From the NCBI GenBank assembly GCA_963762145.1, contig CAVXJS010000015.1, forward strand, positions 160,001-224,000: a DNA stretch of 64,000 nt, read 5' to 3'. The position numbers and the translations under genes were made by a program. The notes below the pieces were generated by a model. It was not told where the DNA came from, did not search any database, and saw only the letters and a list, made by a program, of their open reading frames with translations. Below, piece by piece: positions 10,155-19,499 of this stretch; positions within the stretch are counted from its first letter, which is position 1; every line of letters starts with the position of its first letter. This DNA is from an uncultured Candidatus Rokubacteria bacterium (GTDB lineage: Bacteria; Methylomirabilota; Methylomirabilia; Rokubacteriales; CSP1-6).

Positions 10155-11096
10155 CTAGTCCCTCCGGAGAAACCGCAGCATCAGGATCACGATCAGGGCG
10201 AGGAACGGGAAGATGAACAGGGTGATGGCGGCCCCCATGCCGAGGTCGCCGGCGTTGATGCCGATGTTGTAGGCATAGGTGCCGAACACGTGCGTGGTGT
10301 TGTACGGCCCGCCCTGGGTCAGGAGCCACACCGCCGAGAAGTCGGTGAACGAGAACACCACCGAGTAGAGGAGGCCGACGAGCAGGATCGGCCGCACGAT
10401 GGGCACGATCACGTAGTGGAAGCGGCGCAGCGGCCCGGCCCCGTCGATCTTGGCCGCCTCGATGACCTCCTGGGGCACCGCGGTCAGCCCGGCGAGCAGG
10501 ATCACCGCCGAGAACGGGAAGCCCCGCCAGACGTTCATGATGATGACCGACCACATGGCCAGCCCGGGCTCGCCGAGCCACTGCCACGGGTAGTCGATGA
10601 TGTGCGCGCGCATCAGCATCCAGTTGATGACGCTGTAGAGCGAGTCGAACATCCACTTCCAGGCGAGCGACGAGAGCGCGATCGGGATCACGAACGGGAT
10701 CAGGATGATCCCCTGCGCGATGCGCTTGCCCTTGAACGAGCGGTTGAGGGCGAAGGCCAGCGGCAGCCCGATGATGAGCCGGATCAGCTCCGAGCCGATG
10801 GTGAAGACGAAGGAGTTGCGTACGGTCTGCCAGAAGGTCGGGTCGGCGAACAGACGGGTGTAGTTCTGCAGGCCCACGAAGTGGGAGTCGGGCGAGCCGA
10901 CTCGGGCGCTCGAGACCGACAGGTAGATCGACATGAAGAACGGGTAGGCGATGAAGAAGGCCAGGTAGAGAAACGCGGGGGCGATCCAGAGGAAGCCCTG
11001 CACCGACTCGCGCTGGAACCAGCCGCCCCGCGCCGATGCCCGGGCGCGCGCGACCGGCTCCGCCGTCGCGCCGGCCAGCCCGGGGCCGTTGGTCAT
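10155..11096 (-). CDS. CUT1 ABC permease (MalF-like)
   Basis: FVGLQNY, NVWRGFPF, EAAKIDGA, LTQGGP. Confidence 0.92.
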   Translation of the reverse strand: MTNGPGLAGATAEPVARARASARGGWFQRESVQGFLWIAPAFLYLAFFIAYPFFMSIYLSVSSARVGSPDSHFVGLQNYTRLFADPTFWQTVRNSFVFTIGSELIRLIIGLPLAFALNRSFKGKRIAQGIILIPFVIPIALSSLAWKWMFDSLYSVINWMLMRAHIIDYPWQWLGEPGLAMWSVIIMNVWRGFPFSAVILLAGLTAVPQEVIEAAKIDGAGPLRRFHYVIVPIVRPILLVGLLYSVVFSFTDFSAVWLLTQGGPYNTTHVFGTYAYNIGINAGDLGMGAAITLFIFPFLALIVILMLRFLRRD

Positions 11097-11238
11097 GGAT
11101 CAGGCCCCGGCGGCGCCGGTGCGACCGGATGAGCGGGCAAGGGCCCAACGCTGGGTGTCCATGGTCCTAGTCTTATCCTCGGGATGGCGGACGTGCGGCG
11201 AGGCCGGAACGTGTGGCCAATCGAAGCGAGGCTCGAAT

Positions 11239-11268
11239 GTTATAGCACCCGCTCCGAAGGAGTGTCAA
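11239..11268 (-). promoter_or_regulatory. Sigma70 promoter for the minus-strand CUT1 operon
   Basis: Minus strand TTGACA, 18-nt spacer, extended -10 TGcTATAAC. Confidence 0.6.
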
Positions 11269-11314
11269 CTTCCGGCGGGACGCCCGGGCGGTGCTTTTCT
11301 GATAGGGTAGCGCC

Positions 11315-12046
11315 GTGATCATCCTCGGCGTGATCCCGGCGCGGCTGCGGTCCACTCGCCTGCCCCGGAAGGCCCTGCGCGCGATCGGCGGCGTGCCGAT
11401 GGTGGTGCAGGTCTTCCGCCAGGCCTCCCGCGCTTCCGTGCTCTCCGATCTCCTCGTGGCCACCGACAGCGAAGAGATCGTCGAGGCCTGCCACGCCCAT
11501 CACGTGCCCGCCGTCATGACCAGCGCGGCCCATCCGTCGGGCACCGACCGGCTCTGGGAGGTCTCGCGGGCCCGTGCGGCCGACGTGTACGTCAATATCC
11601 AGGGCGACTATCCGACGATCACCCCGGGCCACATCGAGCGGCTCGTGAGGCCCTTCCTGAACGAGCCCGAGGTCCAGGTGACCACGCTCAAGATCCGCGC
11701 CACGCGGGAGGAGGTCGCGAGCCTCACCGTCAACAAGGTGGTCACCAACGTGCACGGCGACGCCCTGTACTTCTCGCACCTGCCCATTCCGTTCGACCGG
11801 GACAACCGCGGCGGCATCACCTACTGGAAGCACATCGGGCTCTACGCCTATCGGCGGGCGGTCCTCGACACCTTCCACTCGCTCGCCCCGTCCTCGCTCG
11901 AGCGAGCGGAGCAACTCGAACAGCTGCGCCTGATGGAGGCCGGCATCCCGATCCACGTGCTCGAGACCCACGAGCCCATCATCGGAGTGGATACCGAGGA
12001 GGACCTCCGGGCCGCCGAGGCCCAGTTGTCGTCGCGACCCCGGTGA
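11315..12046 (+). CDS. kdsB: 3-deoxy-manno-octulosonate cytidylyltransferase (CMP-Kdo synthetase)
   Basis: IPARLRSTRLP-K, SGTDR, NIQGD-P, ALYFS, KHIGLYAYR, LEQLRLME, GVDTEEDL. Confidence 0.88.
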   Translation: MIILGVIPARLRSTRLPRKALRAIGGVPMVVQVFRQASRASVLSDLLVATDSEEIVEACHAHHVPAVMTSAAHPSGTDRLWEVSRARAADVYVNIQGDYPTITPGHIERLVRPFLNEPEVQVTTLKIRATREEVASLTVNKVVTNVHGDALYFSHLPIPFDRDNRGGITYWKHIGLYAYRRAVLDTFHSLAPSSLERAEQLEQLRLMEAGIPIHVLETHEPIIGVDTEEDLRAAEAQLSSRPR

Positions 12047-13233
12047 CCAATCGCTGGGTCGTGCTGGCCCTGATCATGGCCGCCCAGGTCATGGCCAACG
12101 TAGGTCCCCTCGGCATTCCCTCGATCGCCCCGCTCATCCGCGAGGACCTCGGCCTCTCGGTGACGCAGGCGGGCTCGTTCCTCTCCGCGTACTACATCGG
12201 ACCAGTGCTGATCTCGCTGCCCGCGGGTTGGCTCGCCGACCGCTGGGGCGTCCGGGGCGCCATGATCCTGGGCCAGGGCCTGATCGCGATCGGGCTCTTC
12301 GCGGCCGCGGCCGCGCCGAGCTTCTCGTTCCTGGTCGTGATCCTGGTGCTGGCCGGCGCCGGCTATGGCGTCCTCAACCCCACCACCACCAAGGCGGGCA
12401 TGGCGTGGTTCCCTCCGCACCAGCGCGCCACCGTCGTGGGCCTCAAGCAGATCGGCCTGCCGGGCGGCGGCGCGCTGGGCGCACTGATGATGCCCCCGCT
12501 GGCGCTGGCCTTCGGCTGGCGCCCGGCGGTCGCGTTCTCGGCGGCCGTGGTGGCCGGCCTCGCGGTACTGACCTGGGCGCTCTACCGCGATCTCCCGGAG
12601 CCGGCCTCGACCAGCCCCGCGCGGGCCCGGACCAGCTTCTGGACCGTGCTGGGCAATCGCGATCTCTGGCTGGTCGGCATCAGCACGCTGATCTTCGCGG
12701 GCGTGCAGACGGTGTTCCTCTCGTTCCTCGTGCTCTACCTGCGCGACGTCGTGGAGCTGCCCCTGGTGGTCGCGGCCAAGTACCTGGTCGCGGCGCAGGT
12801 GAGCGGGGTGGCCGGGCGCGTGCTGTTCGGGCTCCTCTCCGACCGGGTCTTCGGCGGACAGCGCCGCATCGTGCTCGGGATCGCGGGCCTGGGCTCGATC
12901 GCCTGCGCGCTCCTGCTCGCCGGCGCCGCGCCGGGCGCCGGTCCCGGGCTGCTGGCGCCGCTGGCCGCCGGCATCGGCTTCTTCGGCGTCGGGTGGAACG
13001 GCGTGCAGCACACGCTGATGGCCGAGCTGGCCGGGCCCCGCGCGGCGGGGACGGCGGTCGGGCTCGGCCTCGCGATCTCCTCGCTCGGCGTCACGGTCTG
13101 CCCGCCCGTGTTCGGCCTCGTGGTGGAGCGCGTGGGCGGCTACGGCTTCGCGTGGGCAACGCTGGCCGCGGGCATGGTGGTCGCGCTACTCTTGCTCATT
13201 CCCGTGCGCGAGAGGGCAATGGCGACCTCATGA
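12043..13233 (+). CDS. MFS transporter
   Basis: About 12 hydrophobic segments; motif A GWLADRWGVR and GLLSDR; GTGA overlap with kdsB. Confidence 0.9.
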   Translation: MTNRWVVLALIMAAQVMANVGPLGIPSIAPLIREDLGLSVTQAGSFLSAYYIGPVLISLPAGWLADRWGVRGAMILGQGLIAIGLFAAAAAPSFSFLVVILVLAGAGYGVLNPTTTKAGMAWFPPHQRATVVGLKQIGLPGGGALGALMMPPLALAFGWRPAVAFSAAVVAGLAVLTWALYRDLPEPASTSPARARTSFWTVLGNRDLWLVGISTLIFAGVQTVFLSFLVLYLRDVVELPLVVAAKYLVAAQVSGVAGRVLFGLLSDRVFGGQRRIVLGIAGLGSIACALLLAGAAPGAGPGLLAPLAAGIGFFGVGWNGVQHTLMAELAGPRAAGTAVGLGLAISSLGVTVCPPVFGLVVERVGGYGFAWATLAAGMVVALLLLIPVRERAMATS

Positions 13234-14536
13234 CGCAGCGGTTGTTCTACGGCTGGGTGGTGCTGGCGGCGGCCTTCGTCATCATCACGATGTCCATCGG
13301 CACGCTCTTCACGCTCGGGGTCTTCCTCCGGCCCATCGAGGACTCGATGGGCTGGAGCCGGTCGGGCATCGGCGCCATCGGCCTCTTCAACTGGATCGTG
13401 ATGGGCGCGGGCGGCGTGGTGTCGGGCTTCGTCTCCGATCGCCTGGGCACACGCCGCGTCGTGATGGTCGGCGCGGTGCTGCTCGGCCTGGGCCTCGTGC
13501 TCTCGAGCTACGTGCAGCAGGTCTGGCAGCTCTACGTGACGTTCGGGCTCCTGGTGGGCGCGGGCGTGAGCGCCTTCTACGTGCCGCTCACCGTGCTCGC
13601 GATCAAGTGGTTCGAGGGACGTCGCGGCATGGCGGCCGCCGTCGTCTCCGCCGGCAATGGACTCGGCATCCTGGCGCTGGCTCCCCTCAGCCGCTGGCTG
13701 ATCAACGAGTTCGACTGGCGCGTGGCGTTCCTGGTGCTGGGGAACCTGGCGTGGGTCGTCGTCTTGCCGACCGCGTTGCTCTTGAGGGCGCCTGGCGGAC
13801 AACCGGGCGGCAGCGGGCAACCGGCTGGCAGATTGTCGTTTAGTTCTTCAAGCTCTCCAAATGCGGGGGCCCAGAAATGGCCCCCGCACTCCCCCAGTGG
13901 CGGACAGCCGTCTCCAGCGTTGGGCTTCGATGGGCGGTCTCCGTGGAAGACCTGGCCGTTCTGGGCGATTGCGCTCACGCACTTTTGCTGCTGCGCGGCG
14001 CACTCGGGGCCGCTGTTTCATCTCGTGAGTCATGCCATGGACCAGGGCGTGCCCAGGATGGCGGCCGCCGGCATCCTCGGCGCGTCGGGGCTGACGTCGA
14101 TCTTCGGCCGGGTCGGCACCGGCGATGATCGCCGACCGGGTCGGTGCCAAGCGCACCCTGCTGATCGCCCTGAGCCTGCAGGCGGCCCTGATCTTCCTGT
14201 ACCTCTTCGCCGGCACCGAGAGCGCGCTCTGGATCCTTTCACTGGCCTTCGGCGTCGCCTACGGGGGCGCCATGCCGCTGTATGCGGTCGTCACCCGGGA
14301 GTACTTCGGTGAACGCGTCTTGGGCACGGCCTACGGCGGGGTCTTCTTCATCTCGTGCATCGGAATGGGCCTCGGCTCCTACGCCGGAGGGGCGATCCAC
14401 GATCTGCTGGGCAGCTATCAGTGGCTCTTCCTGGGCTCATTCGCGATCGGGACGATGGCGATTGTTCTGGGCGTGACACTGAGGGCCCCGGTGACGGCCC
14501 CGGTCCCGCGGCCGAGCCCCGCGCCCCGGGGGCTGA
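13230..14536 (+). CDS. MFS transporter (OFA/MCT-like), frameshift near 14120; 3' end approximate
   Basis: FYGWVVLAAAF, GFVSDRLGTRR, KWFEGRRGMA, IADRVGAKR, REYFG; ATGA overlap with the upstream MFS. Confidence 0.82.
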
Positions 14537-14550
14537 ACAGCCGTTTCCCG

Positions 14551-14580
14551 TTGACAGGACGTGGCGTTCCTTGCAAGAAT
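14551..14580 (+). promoter_or_regulatory. Sigma70-like promoter for the CUT1 operon at 14757
   Basis: TTGACA at 14551, TGcAAGAAT ending 14580. Confidence 0.45.
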
Positions 14581-14756
14581 CTGCCACCACTTAGCCAGCG
14601 CTCTTACCATCCCAATCGCAATCTCCGTGATGGCCGTCACGAGGTCTCGACCTCGCAGCCGGGGCACCTACCCCGCAGGGAAAACCTCGCGCACATGAGA
14701 CGCGATGGAACGCTGCCCCAAAACCGCTGGTTCACCGGGTCAAGGAGGACCTGATC

Positions 14757-16112
14757 ATGACCGAGCAAGACCCGAAGGAGACCGGCGTCGTCCAGCTCGA
14801 TCGCCGCGCATTCATCAAGACGGCGGGAGCCGCCACGGCGGTCGCCGGAGGCATCGAGGGGATCCTGGCCGCACGGCGTGCGCCGGCCTTTGCCCAGGGC
14901 ACCAAGCTGCACCTCGTGCGCTGGGTGGACTTCATCCCGGAAGCCGACGTCGAGCTGAAGCGCCAGATGCCGGAAGCGGGCAAGGCCCTGGGCGCCGAGG
15001 TGACGCTCGAGACGATCAACGCCAACGACCTGCAGCCGCGCATCACCGCCGCGATCCAGTCGGGCTCGGGCGCCGACCTCTTCATGATGGCGTACAACTG
15101 GCCTCAGCTCTACCAGAACGCGCTCGCCGACGTCACCGACGTCGCGGAGGCGATCGGCAAGGCTCAGGGCGGTTTCTACGGCGTCTACCGGCCGTCGTTC
15201 CAGACGGGCGGCAAGTGGCTGGGCGTCCCCCACTCCATCGTGGGCAACGCGATCGCATACCGGAAGTCCTGGTTCAAGGAGATCGGGATCGACGGGTTCC
15301 CCAAGACCTGGGACGAGCTGCGCCGCGCCGCGACCGCGCTCAAGAAGAAGGGCAAGCCATACGGCCAGACCCTCGGCCACACGTTCGGCGACGCGCCCAC
15401 CTGGGCCTATCCCTTGCTCTGGTCCTTCGGCGGTGCCGAGACTGACCCGAGCGGCAAGAAGGTCGTGATCAACTCGAAGGAATCGATGGAAGCGGTCAAG
15501 TACATGGCCGCGCTGTGGAAGGACGGCTGCGACGAGGGCGGGCTGGCCTGGGACGACACCAACAACAACCGCGCGTTCCACGCGGGCGAGATCGCGGCGA
15601 CACTGAACGGGGCCAGCATCTACATCGTGGCCAAGCGCCAGAAGGAGAAGATCAAGGACGACAAGGGCGAGCCCCTGTTCATGGACGTCGATCACGCGAT
15701 CTACCCGCTCGCCGGAGGCAAGGGGATCTACCCCCTGTACTTCAGTAACGGGCACGCGATCATGAAGTACTCGAAGAACCAGAAGCTGGCGAAGGATCTC
15801 CTCCGCTGGATACACAAGGACGAGAACTTCGAGAAGTGGTTCCAGGTGTGCGAGGGCTACAGCGTGGCCGCCACGACCGCGTGGGAGAAACACCCCATGT
15901 GGGGCCGGATCGACAAGCCGCTCCAGATGTTCCGCACCGCGGCGCGGGACACCCGCATCTTCGGCTACGCGGGGCCGTCCACCGGCAAGGCCACCGAGGC
16001 GTTCTCCAAGTACATCGTCGTCGACATGTTCGCGAAGGCAGCCCAGGGGATGAAGCCCGAGGACGCGGTCAAATGGGCCGAGGGCGAGCTCAAGAAGGTC
16101 TACGAGGCCTGA
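14757..16112 (+). CDS. CUT1 ABC substrate-binding protein, Tat signal
   Basis: DRRAFIK, PAFAQ cleavage-like site, YRKSWF, WDDTNNNRAF. Confidence 0.92.
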   Translation: MTEQDPKETGVVQLDRRAFIKTAGAATAVAGGIEGILAARRAPAFAQGTKLHLVRWVDFIPEADVELKRQMPEAGKALGAEVTLETINANDLQPRITAAIQSGSGADLFMMAYNWPQLYQNALADVTDVAEAIGKAQGGFYGVYRPSFQTGGKWLGVPHSIVGNAIAYRKSWFKEIGIDGFPKTWDELRRAATALKKKGKPYGQTLGHTFGDAPTWAYPLLWSFGGAETDPSGKKVVINSKESMEAVKYMAALWKDGCDEGGLAWDDTNNNRAFHAGEIAATLNGASIYIVAKRQKEKIKDDKGEPLFMDVDHAIYPLAGGKGIYPLYFSNGHAIMKYSKNQKLAKDLLRWIHKDENFEKWFQVCEGYSVAATTAWEKHPMWGRIDKPLQMFRTAARDTRIFGYAGPSTGKATEAFSKYIVVDMFAKAAQGMKPEDAVKWAEGELKKVYEA

Positions 16113-16149
16113 TCGACGGGGCCCGACCGGCGGGCCCAAGGAGGGGTCG

Positions 16150-17502
16150 ATGACGACTCCCGATCGAGACAGCAGCATCGGTTCACGCGCGGTCAGCCGT
16201 CGCACGTTCCTGGCCGGATCCGCCGCCGCCGGCGTCGCCGCCGCGGCGGGCCTGGAAGGCATCCTGGCCGCGGGGCGCGCCCCGGCCTTCGCCCAGGGCA
16301 CGCGCCTCAACATCGTCCGCTGGGTGGACTTCATCCCCGCGTGCGACGTGGAGCTCAAGCGCCAGGCAGTCGACGCGAGCAAGGAACTCGGGGCCGAGGT
16401 GGTATTCGAGTTCATCAACGCCAACGACATCCAAGCCCGGGTCACCGCGGCCATGCAGTCGGGCGCGGGCCCGGACATCATCCAGATGCTCCACAACTGG
16501 CCGCACCTCTACGCGAACGGGCTCGTGGATGTGAGCGACCTCGTCGCCTGGCAGGTGAAGGAGCAGGGCGCGCTCTACCCCCTGTCCGATGCCAATACCA
16601 AGGTGGCCGGCAAGTACCTGGCGCTGCCGCACGGCATCGTGCCCGGCCTCATCGCCTACCGGAAGTCGTGGTTCGACGAGATCGGCGCCACCACCTTCCC
16701 CAAAACCTACGAGGAGCTGCGCCAGGTCGCGATGAAGCTCAAGAAGAAGGGCAAGCCCTACGGCCAGACCCTCGGCCACACCTTTGGCGACGCCCCGGGC
16801 TGGGCCTACCCGCTGATGTGGAACTACGGCGGGATGGAGGTCGACAAGAGCGGCAAGACCGCCATCGACAGCAAGGGCACGGTCGAGGCGGTCAAGTTCA
16901 TGACCGCGTTCTGGAAGGACGGCTGCGACGAGGGCGGACTGGCCTGGGACGACACCAACAACAACCGCGCCTTCCTCGCCGGCGAGATCTGCGCCTCGCT
17001 CAATGGGGCCTCGATCTACATCGCGGCCAAGCGCGGCCAGGAGAAGATCAAGGACGACAAGGGCGAGCCGATGGTGCGTGACATCCAGCACGCGCGCCTG
17101 CCCGCCGGCCCGGCCGGCTCGTGGAGCTACCAGGCCTCTTTCCACCACGGGGTCATGAAGTACGGGAAGAACCAGAAGCTGGCCAAGGACTTCCTGAAGT
17201 GGCTCCACGGCAAGGAGCAATTCGGCAAGTGGTTCCAGGTGGCGGAGGGCTTCTCGATCGGCTCCACCAAGTTCTGGGAACAACATCCCCTCTGGACGAC
17301 GATCGACGAGCCGATGAAGGGCTTCCGGACCGCCGCCGACAACTCGCGGGTCTTCGGGCACGCGGGGCCGCCGTCGGCAAAGGCCACCGAGGCCTACTCC
17401 AAGTACGTCGTCGTGGACATGTTCGCCAAGGGGGCCCAGGGCATGAAGGCGGAAGACGCCACCGCGTGGGCGGCGACCGAGCTCAAGAAGATCTACGGAT
17501 GA
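16150..17502 (+). CDS. CUT1 ABC substrate-binding protein, Tat signal; tandem paralog of 14757-16112
   Basis: SRRTFLA; long shared blocks KKKGKPYGQTLGHTFGDAP and WKDGCDEGGLAWDDTNNNRAF. Confidence 0.92.
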   Translation: MTTPDRDSSIGSRAVSRRTFLAGSAAAGVAAAAGLEGILAAGRAPAFAQGTRLNIVRWVDFIPACDVELKRQAVDASKELGAEVVFEFINANDIQARVTAAMQSGAGPDIIQMLHNWPHLYANGLVDVSDLVAWQVKEQGALYPLSDANTKVAGKYLALPHGIVPGLIAYRKSWFDEIGATTFPKTYEELRQVAMKLKKKGKPYGQTLGHTFGDAPGWAYPLMWNYGGMEVDKSGKTAIDSKGTVEAVKFMTAFWKDGCDEGGLAWDDTNNNRAFLAGEICASLNGASIYIAAKRGQEKIKDDKGEPMVRDIQHARLPAGPAGSWSYQASFHHGVMKYGKNQKLAKDFLKWLHGKEQFGKWFQVAEGFSIGSTKFWEQHPLWTTIDEPMKGFRTAADNSRVFGHAGPPSAKATEAYSKYVVVDMFAKGAQGMKAEDATAWAATELKKIYG

Positions 17503-17503
17503 G

Positions 17504-18469
17504 ATGAAGAAACCCATCGCGGGCGGGTCGGGAGTGGCCGGCATGGAGGTCGTGCTGCCCCATCCAGGCACCTCCCGGCCCTCCGGGATGACGCGCTTTC
17601 TCGAGAACGAGCGGCTGCTCGCCGCGATGCTGCTCGCCCCCACCGTCGTCCTGCTCGGCCTGTTCATCGCCTACCCGTTCGTGATGGGGGTGTGGCTGTC
17701 GCTCACCAACGTCAGCGTGGGCAACCCGGGCGAGTTCGTCGGGATCAAAAACTTCATCAAGGCGTGGAACGACTCGATCTTCCGGACCGCGTTCTACAAC
17801 ACGACCTTCTACACCTTCTGGGCTACGATCTTCAAGCTGGCGCTGGGCATGTGGCTGGCGCTTCTGCTCAATCGCCATTTCCGGGGCAAGCGCATCGTGC
17901 GGGCCGCGATGCTGCTGCCGTTCATCGTGCCCACCGTGCTCTCCACCTTCGCGTGGCGCTGGATGTTCGATCCCACGTTCAGCGTGCTGAACTGGCTGCT
18001 CTACCAGGGCGGCTTCATCACCACCAAGCTCCCGTTCCTCTCCGACGGCACCTACGGCATGTGGTGCGCGATCGTGGTGAACACCTGGCGCGGCATGCCC
18101 TTCTTCGCCATCACGCTGCTGGCCGGCCTGCAGACCATCAGCACGGATCTCCAGGAAGCGGCCTCGCTGGATGGCGCCAACGGCTGGCAGCGGTTCTGGC
18201 ACGTGACCCTGCCGCTGCTCAAGCCGGTGACCCTGGTGGTGGTCGTCTTCTCGATCATCCAGACGTTCTCCGACTTCCAGCTCATCTACGTCCTGACCGG
18301 CGGCGGGCCCGCCAATGCCACTCACCTGCTCTCCACGTACGCCTACCAGATCGGGGTCGCCACCGGGTTGCTCGGCGAGGGCGCGGCCATCTCGCTGTTC
18401 ATGCTGCCGGTCCTCTTCCTCGTGGTCTGGCTCCAGCTCCGCTACCTCCGCCGCATGGAAGGGGCCTAG
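17504..18469 (+). CDS. CUT1 ABC permease (MalF-like)
   Basis: NTWRGMPF, EAASLDGA, LTGGGP. Confidence 0.92.
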   Translation: MKKPIAGGSGVAGMEVVLPHPGTSRPSGMTRFLENERLLAAMLLAPTVVLLGLFIAYPFVMGVWLSLTNVSVGNPGEFVGIKNFIKAWNDSIFRTAFYNTTFYTFWATIFKLALGMWLALLLNRHFRGKRIVRAAMLLPFIVPTVLSTFAWRWMFDPTFSVLNWLLYQGGFITTKLPFLSDGTYGMWCAIVVNTWRGMPFFAITLLAGLQTISTDLQEAASLDGANGWQRFWHVTLPLLKPVTLVVVVFSIIQTFSDFQLIYVLTGGGPANATHLLSTYAYQIGVATGLLGEGAAISLFMLPVLFLVVWLQLRYLRRMEGA

Positions 18470-18544
18470 CCCGACATGCAATCTCCGAAGCTGGTGGGGG
18501 GGCACGGGGGAGGAGCGGCAGCGGCGCTCCCCCCATTCAGAACA

Positions 18545-19396
18545 ATGGTTATTGAAAGGCGCTGGAAGCGGTGGGTGTACTTCTATATCCCGCTCACCAT
18601 CTTCATCATCGGCACCTTGTTCCCGTTCTACTGGATGCTGATCACCGCGATCCGGCCGGACGCGGAGCTCTACCGCTCCTGGCGGGCCGCCAACAACACG
18701 CCGTTCTGGACGCTGCAACCGACCCTCGAGCACTTCCGGGATCTCATGGCCAAGACCACGTTCCCGAAGTGGCTGTGGAACACGTTCTTCATCGCCTGCG
18801 TGTCTACCGTGATCTCGCTGTTCTGCGGGCTCCTGGCCGGCTACGCGCTCGGGCGGCTCAAGTTCCCGATGGCGGGCACGCTCGGCACCAGCATCTTCGT
18901 CACCTACCTGGTGCCGCCGACCCTGCTCTTCATCCCGCTCGCCAACATCATCCGCACCTTCCAGCTCGGGGACACGCCGTGGGCGCTGATCCTCACCTAC
19001 CCGACCTTCCTGATCCCCTTCTGTACCTGGCTCCTGATGGGCTACTTCAAGACGATCCCCAAGGAGCTCGAGGAGTGCGCGCGCATCGACGGCGCCACCC
19101 GTTTCGGAGCCATGGTGCGCATCATCTTCCCGATCGCGGTGCCCGGGATCCTGTCCGCGGGCATCTTCGCGTTCACCCTGTCCTGGAACGAGTTCATCTA
19201 TGCGCTGGTGTTCCTCTCCTCGCCGGAGAAGAAGACGGTGCCGGTGGGCGTCGTCTCGGAGCTGATCCGCGGCGACATCTACTTCTGGGGCCAGCTCATG
19301 GCGGGAGCGCTGCTCGGCTCCATCCCCGTCGCGATCGTCTACTCGTTCTTCGTCGAGTACTACGTCACCGGCCTGACCGGCTCGGTCAAGGGCTGA
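18545..19396 (+). CDS. CUT1 ABC permease (MalG-like); alternative start 18476
   Basis: LFPFYWM, PKELEECARIDG, SWNEF, GDIYFWGQLMAG. Confidence 0.9.
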   Translation: MVIERRWKRWVYFYIPLTIFIIGTLFPFYWMLITAIRPDAELYRSWRAANNTPFWTLQPTLEHFRDLMAKTTFPKWLWNTFFIACVSTVISLFCGLLAGYALGRLKFPMAGTLGTSIFVTYLVPPTLLFIPLANIIRTFQLGDTPWALILTYPTFLIPFCTWLLMGYFKTIPKELEECARIDGATRFGAMVRIIFPIAVPGILSAGIFAFTLSWNEFIYALVFLSSPEKKTVPVGVVSELIRGDIYFWGQLMAGALLGSIPVAIVYSFFVEYYVTGLTGSVKG

Positions 19397-19499
19397 CGCC
19401 GGCCAAGAGGAGGTGATCAGGCCCCCCAGAAGCGCGCAATCGCATCCGTAAGCAGGGATCGATCTCTCGGCCCCCAAACCCTCATCGCGGAGGCTCGCC

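Noticed and set aside
19408-19418. AGGAGGTGATC, a perfect complement of the 16S 3' end
   Set aside because: Too short for an rRNA fragment and no properly spaced start codon follows
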